From Orbicella franksi (lineage: Eukaryota), in the NCBI GenBank assembly GCA_964199315.1, contig OZ116700.1, positions 2,418,001 to 2,482,000 on the forward strand: a DNA stretch of 64,000 nt. The letters are read 5' to 3'. Below are positions 47,988-61,200 of the stretch, in pieces (within the stretch, counting starts at the first letter, position 1; each line of letters opens with the position of its first letter). Below the pieces are notes generated by a model. That model was not told the origin of the DNA and did no database searches. It was given only the letters and a program-made list of their open reading frames with translations. Both the position numbers and the translations under genes were made by a program.

Positions 47988-50900
47988 CTACTTTGTGTCA
48001 CACAACAAGGCGACGCCACGTAAAATCCAGTGGTCGGGATGTTGTGAAGTCTTGAGGTTCAAGCAGAAAATGTACGTCAAGTCCGTACGTCTGGGTTTCT
48101 TGTAAACAGGGCACTCGTAAAATTTAAGCGCATCTTTGTTGTCTTTCGAGTCTTTGACCAGAGCAGCAGTATTCACTGCGAATATGTGCACCACTGGAAG
48201 AGCGGTAAACAGAACTTTCGGCGAAGGTTCCGTGAGCCTGCAGTTTCTTCGGTCCCATCCAGCGCCATCCAAGAACAGACCGTGCACGTAGACACCTTCT
48301 GCCGGTGATGACGAAACATCTTCTTTCATCATTTTGGTGACGTCATTGGCAAGTGCCACGTTGTCGAGAGCCCAGCCTTTGTGCGCACGCGTAATTTCTT
48401 GTCTCATGGCTGTGAGAAAACCCTGAGGGAAACAGAATGAAGAAAACATTAGACACGACAAAACGGGTAACTTCATAGTAAAAAGAGCAGAAAGTAATAA
48501 CTGACAATTAGTCAGCATCTTGTTACTTAAGTAAAACAGTCTTGTTCGATACCAGCTATCCTCCCACGTTTCTCCAATTCACAAAGTGTTTTCCTTTTTA
48601 CTTTATTTTGGCAAACATCAATTATACATTGCTCATGCTAGCTTTCGTATGATCTGATAAATTCTAGCGCCAAACATTTTTCTTCAATCTTCCTTAGTCC
48701 TGGAGTGGCGAATTGAAATATATTTCCTTCAAGACATTTCACCTCTGGGCAACATACCTGAGGGTTAAAGAAACCAGTCATCCAGAATGCAGTGGGTCTC
48801 CCTTCAAACAGCCACGACGAGAATTGATTATTACGCTCGATGAGCTCTGTAAACCAGAACCCCAGGGTGGTGGAGTCCCAAGAAATCTTGAATGAAAAGA
48901 AAAGATATTTTAGAGCTCACACGTTGCTACTGCTATGATATGAAATTGAACAAGATAATCTAAGGTCGCGTTTCATTTGGATCAATCGATTTCTCCCGGT
49001 TGAATTGTTGTTGCTATGGTTGTTTTTAAGTGGTCTGTTAGCTTAATCTCCTTGTTCAACGCATCACCGATACGGTTGCAACACTTTTTTAACCGTTTTT
49101 GGTGGGAACCGTGCATCAAGCCTAGCCTGAAATGTCAGCCATCTCCACCCTCACCCGAATCCGCGGGCGAGAGTCTCTAGCCCGGATGATTAGGCTGAGG
49201 GTGGAGATGACTGGCATTTCAGGCTGCATTAGTCCCTACAACCTGACCAACCAGAAATTGCTGTTTCCAATAAACCATGAAAGTCGCAAAACCAGGTTAA
49301 AAAGATTGATCCCAGTGAAACAACCCAAGAGTTCCGTTGGAAAGTTTCCATCTAATCAATTCGGACTCTCATTAATTTAGGGAGTAGAGGGCGAGTTCAT
49401 GAAGTAGACGGCTGACATTGATTCAAGTGCTGAACGGACACGCCTCTAGGGAGGTCCGGGGGTAGGCCTGAAATTGAGAGGCTCTGAAATGCTACTTTAT
49501 ACATTCTCTTCCAGTTTCTATCCAGCAACGCTAGCGTAATTGATGACGTACACCACACCCTGACCCCGTGCCTCTTCTCTGGCTACAGCCTCGACGGTCC
49601 TGGGACAAGGACAGTCAAGGTTCACTCACATTCCAAAATACCTGTGTTTTCCCTAAATTATTCTTCACAACTTACACACATACTATTTCACGAAAAGTAA
49701 GCGGCTAAGAAATCGAATTGGCTGAAACGGTTCTTCCCATAGAACACGACCTGTCTAAAAGCAAAGATACCTTCTTCCACAAGGCGGGTACTCGAGCGTC
49801 ATAGATATTGTCCAAAGCATCCTTCAAGTTCTCACTCATGATAATGGTACCGTCTATGGCCAGTTTGAGGTCCACCAGTGTGTTCCTCACCGCTGTTATT
49901 ACTCTCTGCATTCGATCGATCTCTTGACGAAGGAAAATGTTCATCGACGTCAATGCACCCATTTTTTGAAGGCGTGCTTTAACCTGAAGCGATTCACAAG
50001 GGTAAAATTAACGACACGTTCACAAATAATTTCAAGGTTACATTACAATTTTAATCGTAAAAATATAGATTGTCCAAAAAGCGTACTACAACGCAGGCTG
50101 TGACATTAGAAACCACAAGGTGTTATTTATGTTGATATAACAGGCGCTCTGATTGTTAGATACGGCCAAGTTCTAAGATTGCATGTTGTTTATAAACGGA
50201 ATAGTGCGTGTTTATTTTATTGAGCGAGATAGAAACTGGCGGGGCTTACATAACCTAAATATTTGGGACGTTTCTAACGTTCCAGTCTACCCGTAGTAAA
50301 CAACAACAAACAAAGCACATGCGAGATATGATATTGCATTAAGACCTCAGTATTCTGACCTCAAAAGGAACGTAATCCACCGGCAACTTGTCTAACATCT
50401 CAGTAGCCTGGCGAGCAACTAGTGATTCACGGGTCTCTCCTGATCCACCTGAGCTGTCTTTGGGTTGAATGTTCACAATGGTCTCCAATACATCTGAAGT
50501 GGTTTTTGTCTGATATGTGATGTCAGCATTTGAGTGAAGACCAAACACCTTAAAATAGAAAAACGAAATGGGTTTTGTGATATGTGTGTTTTCTGTGCGA
50601 GATTTGAAATAGCTCAAAATAAGCGGCCATTTGAAGTAAGGACGATCACTATAAAACTCGAAATTTCACGATGAATGTATGGGCTCATTAACATTATGGA
50701 GTTTTTGAAAACCAGTTTCTCCGTGAGTATCATACCCAAAGAGCCAAACATTTTACCAATTATTAAGTGTAACAAGCTCTTTAAATAGTTAGACTTAATT
50801 CATATCTTACTTGACGCCTTTTCTACGCAAAGTCGTATTCTAATGAGGTTAAATTTGAACAATGACGTCAGACGTCAGATCACCTTATACCCACTTACCT

Positions 50901-53900
50901 CTGGAGTGTCCGACAACGGCATCTCATCTATGTGAGATCTGAAGTCCGCAATCTGCGAGCAGCGAGGGATGTTATAGCCTTGGTAAAACTTGAAGGTGTC
51001 TTTAAACATTTCCTGACTAAACCACACGCGGGCGAAGGTGTTAAGCAGGCGTTTGTCAAAGTCGTCTGTGACGCGACCACCGTACTGAACCTCACCAAGC
51101 ATGTAGTGTACTGTGACCCATGAAACACCCTACGGGGAGGAAGAAAGGAGAAAATGTCTCCGATTAAACAGATTGATACCCAGCACGGTTTGCATTATGA
51201 AACCGCTGTTTGCATCCTTGAAATTTATATAACTACATGGTTTACTCATGGAAAAGGGTGTTTGACATGGGCGTAATTTGGTTAAAATGATTTTTTTTTT
51301 GCGCACTTGTTCTCCGGGCGCAAAGGGACTGATTATCGGTAGGAGTTTTTCATGGTTCAACATGTATTTGGAAGAGACTGCGTCTTCATCATAAAAGCTG
51401 CATAAAAGAACACTGAATGCCCATCAAATGAAAATCAAGTCTCATAACGAGATGAAACACAAAACACGTTCTACATCAAAACTCTCTGGAATTACTCTCA
51501 TGAAACAAAACCTTCTCTAGAGGGCTTAATAATCGGAAGATGAATTTCAGCGTTGTTTACTACCAGAGTCTCAGTATAAGCCGGTATTTGAATGGTTTTA
51601 TTATCGAAAGGATTCTGGCGCCTGCAATTTTGGCGCGTGTATAGTAGGAATTTCACGATAATCTTCTTTCCATCTGACTACGCAGTTTTTTTCAGTTACC
51701 ACAACGGCAACGGCAACGGGAACGTCACTAAACAAAAGGTTTCATGAGCAGAACAATGGCTGTGCACGTGAGTTACAATTCTTGGTACATTTCTCTGCCT
51801 TCCTCTCCAAATGACCAAATTCTGCGTTGTCTGGAGAACGTGAACCACGAAAAATAATTTTTAAAATTCATATTCGAATTTCACGATGTGTTCCATATTC
51901 AGTTTCGTGATAGTTTTGACAAAGAGGAACAAACTAAATGACTGAAAAGTATCGCGAGATTCGTAGGTAAAATGTAAACTCATTTTTAATCAACCTTGTC
52001 CTCGGCGTCGCCATCATAGTTACATAAACTCATAGCAATAAGCAATGAACACAACTCACCGCCTTTGGATCGATGTCATCAAGATGATTCTGAATAAACT
52101 GCACAGATGCTGTCAAATCAGCGGAGTTGAATTCATAAGGGATGTTCCATCCAAGAGGTCCAAACTTGCGTCGTTCTTGAACAATGGTGTGCAAGAAAGC
52201 TGTTGCGTACAGCATTGGTTTCCACTGAGGCATGTTAGTCACATCGAGTTGATCCTATGGGAAAACAAAATTAAATTAAACACCGGTTACAAGTTTCCTG
52301 CGTTATTCTTCCATGAAAATTTCAATAAGGGCTAGTAACAGGGCTAATTGCCTGGCTGTGAGGAAGATTTTGCCTGCCTGGTTTGATTATGTAGAGGAAA
52401 GTTGTTCTCATAAAGAAGTTCTGTTCAAAAGATTTGTCCGCCTGCGAAAACCAAATGACTTCCCGCTAAAAACGTCATTGAAACCCCTATCATATAGAAC
52501 GTGTTTATGCGAAGAGGTTATACCCAGCGTGCAAAGAAAGTACTTTCCGATAGCTCGGGACTCGCATAGATTTCCGTAGAAAAATTGAAATTTCTTTATT
52601 TTCTTGTCCAATGAGTTGATAACATTTTTAGAGTTATAGTTGGCAGATAGAATAAGGCCAACGAGAAGGGCTATCGGACTTGCATCAAATGCAACTTCCC
52701 CATTGGGTCAACCTTGGATACTTTGTACCTTTTTCTGCACTCTCGAAGGTTCAGTTGTTTAGTTGACAACGTCCTTAAATGGGCACAATTTCTGGACTGA
52801 AAGACTGCAGAACTAGACGAAATTTTCCGCAATGACGAAGGTACATACACTTTCGACGGCAGTCTTGGAGACTATCGCTTCTCCAAGGGGATGACACTTA
52901 AAACAAGATCAGAATTCTTTTGCCTAAAATAAAGTTCACAATTTTCAAACCCACGTCACCAAAGTACAATTTGTTCCTTTATTCCAAAGATGATGAAAAA
53001 TAGCACCCAGAATCATACACTTAATTCTCCTTCAGCTCACTGAAGCTGAAAAATATCTACGAAAAAACAACTTGATCTGAGCCAAACCTGTGTGATTCCA
53101 GCATACGTTCTCTTCAGACCAGCCTTGATTCCCTGCGGGGGCTCATTAGTAAACTTGATGGAGGACTGGAGAAGAGTTATTGGGAATTTAGGATGAACTT
53201 CAGTCGTAATCCACAAACGGAATTTTTCGTTCACATTCTCAGTGCTTGTGATCTGAAAACCGAAAATAATAAATCTCTTGGTTAGTAAAATCTGACACAA
53301 CACAAAGTCATGAGAGAAAAGAACATAGTCAACAAGGAAAAGTTGCCTTGCTGCAAAACCAAATTGTTAGAACTAACATTTAAGAAACGTAAAGCACTGT
53401 ATATCGAGAATTGACATTTCTAGCTTGAAAAAGGTTCTATCCGTCATACCGTCTCCAACAACTCATCCATGAAGTTGAGTCCCAAGTGACAGTTCTGCAG
53501 TAGTACCCAGCCTCCCTCGTTCATAAACTGTCCCAACAGACGCCGCGCGTGCACTTCTTGTCCTTGCCCCATGGAGATGGCCCGGCAGTCTGTGCGAGAT
53601 ACAAAAACAATCACCATTATTAGACAACTTTTCCCATGACATGCTTAATCCAATTATAACACCTGTCTAATAAGGCTAATCTTCAAACTGACCAAGGACA
53701 TTTTGCTTTATCTTGGGACAAAAAGATCTGGTCTGTGTGGAGGAAGTTAGTTTAACGTCCCGGGAACAATCATGTAAACAGCCAACTGATTAACCATTTA
53801 ATAGTTGCAATCCTTGACCACATTGTGTTTTAGATGGTCTATTTTGTTTCACGGTCACGAACTCAAAAGTCCTAAGCTTGAAACACAACACTTGAGTAAA

Positions 53901-55203
53901 TAGAGCAAAAACTAGTCTCTTGTCTAAAAATCATCTAACGAAAGGCTCACATTGGCTAGAACATATTGCGTTCTTTTTTGTCAGAGTTCATGTGGATAAA
54001 ATTCTACCCTGTCAGGGAACGTTGCCTGCAATTGCAACAGCTGTCAGTTTGAGGAAATAGATTAACACTACAATAGTCATTACAAGAATAGAATTCTTTA
54101 CCTAAACGTTGTTTCTTGGCCAAAGCCTCGATGGACGCTGTAGGATCTGAACCCATTGACAAGAAACAAATCATTGGTGTTCTGATATCACTCTCCTCCC
54201 ACATGTTTTCCAAGTTAAGAATCACGCCCTCAGCGTACTGTCAAAGTAAAGCAAAGAAAAATTTCAGAGAGGTTAACTATTTACTCCTCGCCTCAAACGG
54301 TAGGTAACTTCTGAGCTCAGGCCTTATTTTCTGCTGGTGAACCTCTAGTGCTCAGTCAAATGAAAGCTTCACAGAAGTAGGTTGCTTGAGCTTTAAGAAT
54401 CAAACACGAAAGACCGTGTTTGACCACGTTTCCAAACACCAAGAAGAGAGTTGAAAATACGACGCGTAGCGGAGTATTTTTGACGAACTTCGAGGTGATT
54501 GAAATGCGGTCAAACACGGTATTATATGTTCTTCAGTTTTTGGCATAATGAATTTTTCTTCGACTGGTTTGAACTCCCGAAAGTAATTTTGGGGAGCAAA
54601 AGTAATTATTGCCTCTACATTACCTCTTTTCCAATGGCGTCACTGATGTAACGTCGAGCCTGGTTAATAGTACGATCTGGGCACCAGGCTCTGATAAGCA
54701 GAAGTTTCCTGAATGTGTCGAGAGAGCCCTGGTATCCATCGGGTATGGGAGTATCCTCTGGGGCTTCAGAGTCAAACCAGGTCTTCCAAGCTTTCCCTGA
54801 TTCGTTATTTGCAACCTGTGGAATTATAGTACGCAAAATTCATTAATGAAAGCCAGGTAAGATAAACTGATCACTATGGCTTAATTCGTGCATTAGAAAT
54901 AAAAAAGGCTGTGACCGGAGTGGATTCATGAACGTTTGATCAGATTCAGCATTTTTGGTCGTAAGCGTGTTGATCCGTTTTCAAAAAACCTCTTATAATG
55001 ACGTACACCAAGTTGAACATGACTCGTTAGTATGAGTGAACTCATGAACAATTCACAATCGAGGGACCTGTTATTGTCTGATAAAGGAGGTGGAACGAAA
55101 GCGGACCTATTCAGTTACAAAAATTCCTCATTCTTAAACCAAAAAAGAGGGTGGGACCTCGGCCTCGTTTCTTACACTCTACTGGTTCTGTAACATTGCA
55201 TGC

Positions 55204-55251
<48 letters not shown>

Positions 55252-58200
55252 AATAACAACAATAACAAACACAACATCACCTGTCCCAGTAGCTGTGTAA
55301 ATTGAGGCAGTTTGCTGAGTTCAACAAGGTTCAACCAGGTCATGTCCAAGATCCACTTCTTAGGCTTGGGTTCCACAGCATTCAGATCAAGCGCGGCACC
55401 ACCTGTCATACGGAATAAGCAAGTATTCAGTAACCAGTTAAACAGGATACGGGTATGAACATTCAACTAGACACACAGTATCCGGCAGAATACTGTGTAC
55501 AGGCGCGGCACCACCCGTCATACGGGATAAGCAAATATTCAGTAACCAGTTAAACAGGATACGGGTATGAACATACAACTAGACACACAGTATCCGGCAG
55601 GATACTGTGTACAGGCGCGGCACCACCTGTCATACGGGATAAGCAAGTATTCAGTAACCAGTTAAACAGGGTACGAGAATAAACATATAACTAGACTCAC
55701 ACCTATACTTGGTCGCTGTTGTTTCGTAAGAGAGTTTTTAACACACAATGGTGCTGCCTCTTGAAATCGCATATTTAATTAGTTTCCCTTGACAATGGCA
55801 CCAAGATGTCGCCGAAACGTCGGATTTGTCTATCGTTAGTTTTTGCCTGTATATGTTTATCTAAATCATTGTTGATTGAAATTATTATTAAGTTGATAAG
55901 GGCACCCACGCACGCTCGCACGCACAAAAAAGGGGCGAAGTACATGCACGGTCTCCATACCTTTGATAAGAACCTTAAATTCATCGTGGCGAATCTTTTT
56001 CTCTTGCAAATCAATCTTCAAAGTCAGCAGCAAAGTGAAGAGGAACTTGTGTTCTTCATACAGGCCACGCGTCGTGTAGCGAAACACCTCAAACGTCAAG
56101 TAATCGATGATGTTCTGGATTCGTTTGGCGGGAATCGGAGACTTCTGGGAACGTGCCATTGAAATGTCAAACAAACCCAGGAACTGCCTGAGAGAGGTCT
56201 GGTACATAACGTTCACGTAAGACATCTCGACAATCAGGAAATACAGGATACTGCCTCGTGTGGCCACTGTGGGGGAGAGGGACAGAATGAAAATTCGTCA
56301 TCAATCATATTACAGTATTACAGCAAGCTAAGTAAGTTTGCTTCAGTTCTATGAATCGAAGAGGTATGACAACTTATCAGTGCTACCAAAGCTCCAACAG
56401 GAAGCAACTCGAAACAATACCACTCTCACTGGATGGCATGGAGTCCATCGTAGAATACAGCCTCAGTGTGGGCCTAAGAATGTCGCAAACGAACACACGA
56501 AAACGAAGAATTGACAAAAACGACCGACCGACCGACCAAGAGGAGCGAACGAACGAAAACGAAGACATGACAAAAAGACTAGCCGACAGACCGACCGCAC
56601 GAACGAGCGATCGAATAACAAACGCATGAACGACCAGCCTACTGACCGCATGAACGAGTGAACGAACAAACGAACAAATGAACGAGCGATCGAACCAACG
56701 AACCAACGAACGCATGAACGACAAGCCTACCGACCGCACGAACGCGTGAACGAACAAACGAAGTGAAAGGGGAAGGAAGCAAGGAAGGACAGTGGCCGTA
56801 CAAAAACTCTCAGTTCAAATAATAACTGACCTGGTCTGTATTCCTCCCGAGCAGTGTTGATCTTCAATTCAGTCTCCGCGGCAACCAACAACTTCTCACT
56901 CACTTCCTCTGAAGTAGATTTAGTGACGCTAAGAACCTGGATCAGAGACTCATCTTCAACCAGAGAGCCCTGGGTACTAGTCAGTCGATATAGCAGATTG
57001 TCCTCCAGGTCCTTCATTTTACGCTTGTTCGCGGTCACTTCTTCCATCAGTTTGGTGCGCTCAGCTTCTAGTTCCTAAACCAACCACAATGAATTATTCA
57101 TATTTCATACGCGCACGATATTTCCAAATTTCGGAAGTTAAAGCACAGAAAAGGTGATGATCCTCGCATAAATAAAACAGTTTTAAAACAAAAGTTTCGG
57201 ATGACCTAAATCCGACATCGGTTACCGTTAATCGGATCTAGGATCTATATAGAAAACAAGATTGGCTAGTAATCTTGCTGCCATTTCCTTGACCATGGCG
57301 ATGTCCAAACAGAAAGCTCTTGCCACTTTGGCCACCGCTTACATATAAATTGTACTTCTTTACGGCTTAATATTTCTACTACTTTCATTACTTAACCTAT
57401 AAAGTGTATCTAAATGCCTTCTATAATGTAAGCGAAAGGATTGAATAGTATTGAATACTTAAATTGAATAGGATCTAGGATCTAACGATGGATGCAGGTC
57501 ATCCGAAACATCTACTTCATTTGTATTGAGGTTTTCGCCCTCAAAAGTGACTCGCATATTAATGATGTGGAAAGTTAAAGCTATTATCTTTCCATGTAAT
57601 AATCCAGGAATAACAGGCCGTGATATCAGAACAGAACAAGAACGTTTTTTTTTACCTGCTTCTCTGTTAAGATTACTCTTCCAAGCAGCTGATCTTCCAG
57701 GCCGCTCATTGTGACCGTGAAATCGATAATGGCGGTCTTGGCACTAACTTCCGGTGTGTATGAGGGGTTACCAAGCTTGGTGGTGACGTAGAGACGGAAG
57801 CCCTCCATAACATCCACTTCCTTGTCACCTACTTTGACCTAATAACAGAAATAACACAGCAGTCATTACTACAGTCGAACCCCTATTGAACGGCCACCTA
57901 TTAAGGGCCAACCCTATTAGGCGGCCAGAAATGAAAGTCCCGATGAGGTTTTAAAGAGATTAAGCATGACGTAACAACAAACAGCAAACGGCAAAAATGA
58001 AAATTTTGCCGTCCGTCTTCAGCTGTCTGTGAAGTAGAGTGAAAATATTTGTATTTGCGGTGAATAGTAGAATGCACTTTTCCATTTTTGTGTGATTTAT
58101 TTAAGGATTACAAGAAAAGAATAACAAGTCAGAGGTAATCTTTGCCGTTTGCCGTCTGCCGTAAACGTCATGCTTAAACTCTCTTTTTTCTGTTGTTTTT

Positions 58201-61200
58201 ACCTCTATTAAGCGGCCAGCCCCTTTAAGCGGCCACTATCCATTTCCCCGAGCGTGGCCGTTTAATAGGGGTTGAACCTGTGACGAGTTTTGGAAAAAAG
58301 TTCAAATCCATTGTGGTGAATTCTCTCTTGTGTGTAACCGAAGGTCATCTTTCCTTTACCGATTGTCGGCTAAAACGAGTATCTTCTTCTTTAGTTTAGT
58401 ACATGCACGTGAAAGATATCAAGATGTCACTGTTATCTTTACTTTGTGAAATGTTTTCTACAGAAACAGAAACGGAGCTTTAAGTTAGAGATAAAATCGA
58501 AACTGAACCGAAGTTTCGAGCGAAAAAACGAACTTTTGGAAGGTGACCAAAAAGTTATTGCAGTTGCTACTTTTGTTACAGTCTTTCTCGAAAATAAAAA
58601 CAAAACCCGCATGGCTTCAAGTTAGTGATGAAATTGAAAATCGAAGTTTCATTCCCAAAACGAAACTTTGTGCTTGTCAATGTCCCCGCCATGGCACGTT
58701 ATTTTGTACCTTAAACGTCTTGCCAGACTTGATGAAGTTTTTCTCCAGTACATTATCAAGAGCAGGGTCAAGCTCTTCGCCCACATCCTCGATGATCAGC
58801 GGTCTTCCCAAAGAGAGCGCATCTTCCAAATGCGTTCGGAAATACTTGTGGTTGAGGGCTGTGACCTGATGGCAAACACAAGTCACCAGTAGAAATGGTA
58901 CACACAATTCTCAGAACTAACTACTATTTTAACAAAAGTATGAAATCAGTTGGAAGGGAGGCGCGGTGCCTTATAGCCATTATGTCATATTCTTGGGCCA
59001 GACTCACTCTCTCAGTGCCTCTCTCTCCAACTAAACCAGTTGCATAAATGGGTACCTGCGAACTTAATGCTAGAGGGTAACCCTGCTGTGAACTAGCATC
59101 CCATCTTGGGGGAAGCAGAAGTACTCTGAGTCACATCAAAGGCTAACTATTCACTATACCTTTTATACTGAAAGGGTAAAGTGGAACAAATAATTTATGA
59201 AACCCACCTGCAATTCGTTCGGTCCTTCTTTCTTTCTGATCCACGCTTTCCCTTGGCCCTGAGTAACATTAAAAAGCAAATAAGTACAAAGAACTTAATT
59301 TTTTTCTACGAATAAATGCATCTATGTTTTCCAGGCAAGAATCTGAAAGTGAAGACTTTTTGAACAATTCGAGCTTGTAAAACCTGAGTTTAAAATCAAT
59401 ATTGTCATGTCGATGGTTACAGGACTTCCGCTATTTTCTTTCAGGAACAAGTCGATCCTTGTTGAAACCTAAAGCTTCCATGTCCAGCAGCGAGCGATTT
59501 ATGCTTCTCTAAAGCACACCGTATTATCAGAGCAAATTCTGAAGAGCACCATCGCAAAAAGCAAATGGAAAGTTAAGATAAACAACACTAAGAATTCAAA
59601 CTTCTGTGGCAAACAAAAATTGGATAATTTTATTATTGGCCTGGTTGTGACCGAGACAAGGGACGATCGGAATTTCACTTCTCGTCAGGAACTTCATTGT
59701 CGAGGACATCGCTTCATGCTCAGGGTAATAATAATCGATATCTCACCTGAGGGTCAATAAGAAGGGGATATCGTGCAGCCTTGGTGACGATGATACCGTT
59801 CTGGACTGAGAGTTCATCACTCGGTAATCCCTGAAGGGCCCATTCACCAAGCGTAGCAGCATCTGTCAGCATGTTCACCAGATTCAAATCCTGTTCAGAC
59901 ACAAACAAAACGGTGAACGTCACGCCCGGGCCAAACGAAGTCAAGAGTGTATAAGTTAAAGGATAGGTGTTGCACGAGAGGTTTCTTTAAACATCAGGGA
60001 ACCTGTGCAAAACGAACTAAAGTTCTTGACGACCGTCAAAAATGTACTTAACAGGCAAGCTTAAACTTCGACAGTTGCCGTCATTGCAGGGAGGTTTATT
60101 CAAGCAGGAAATTCTACACCCACAATTTTGCGAGTATACCAACAAAAAAACAACGAAAACAGCACAAACATTGAAAAACACCAATAATACATCCGCCTCA
60201 CGACTGACTTACAAAAAAAAAAAAAAAACTTATGCTGAGTTTTAGCAAATTGAAAAAATTTCGCTCTAAGAGTGTAAAGAGACTGGAGAAAAAACAGATA
60301 ACTTGACAAGTTCTGGGTAACCGAGAGGTCATAACTCCTGATAATTATTTTCGTAAGGCATTACCTCTGAGAAAGGAATCTTCTTTTTTCTCATTTCTTT
60401 TTTCCAGTTGTCAAGTAACAAAGTCCTGAACGCCTGGTTAAACGGCCCAGAATAGGATAAGAACCCTGTGGCCAACAACACATCACCAACCAACCTGAAG
60501 AACACAGAATGACCAGGAATCTGTGATTAAAATCACATCAATCCTCTACAATAAGTGAATGTAATTTTCCATTAATTCAATGAAACGAAATAGGTGAGAA
60601 ATGTTTTTCTCACGAACCATAGAGCCTGGGAATGGATCATGTGACCTTAGGCGCGCAGCTGTTCTGTTGTGTCCGCCATTACCGACCTTTGAATTTTAGC
60701 CAATTTCCAGTGGCAAATGGAACAGCATTTTGCGAAATTTCCGGGAAAGAGAATAAATAACCTCTCACGAGGTGTATCAAAATTTTCAAAAAAATGCGGA
60801 TGAATGGTTCACATTGTGGAAATTCAACAATTTTCGGATTTTCGGGAAACTTTCCCCGGCAATCTTCATACCATTTAACCCCGCTTCCAACGTTCCGGTC
60901 TTTCGATTGAATGAAAAGCGCCCAAGGAAACAGAGGGACGATGTCATAGTCCTTAATTAAGTAACCAAAACAAGGGACTTGAACCACCCAATGAAAATAG
61001 CTCACTCCAATAAGAACCACACCTTTGAATCTGTTGGTCAAATTTCTTGCTCTGTTCGGTCCATCTCGTTTTCTCGCCTCCCAATCCATCGATCAGCGCT
61101 GTCGCGTTAGCCATCTTCCTCCTGCACGCCTCCGCGTCGTCAACTAGCGTTTGCTTGTCGCGCATGGCCTGATCGTACTTAGCTTGCACGGCATCCAGTT

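Noticed and set aside
55391-55710. 112-bp repeat or 21-nt array as a CRISPR-like array
   Set aside because: Units are head-to-tail with no unique spacers, the context is a eukaryotic intron or exon, and no cas genes are present.
56351-56757. ORFs rich in RS/VR/SF
   Set aside because: These are translations of a tetranucleotide low-complexity tract in a dynein intron.
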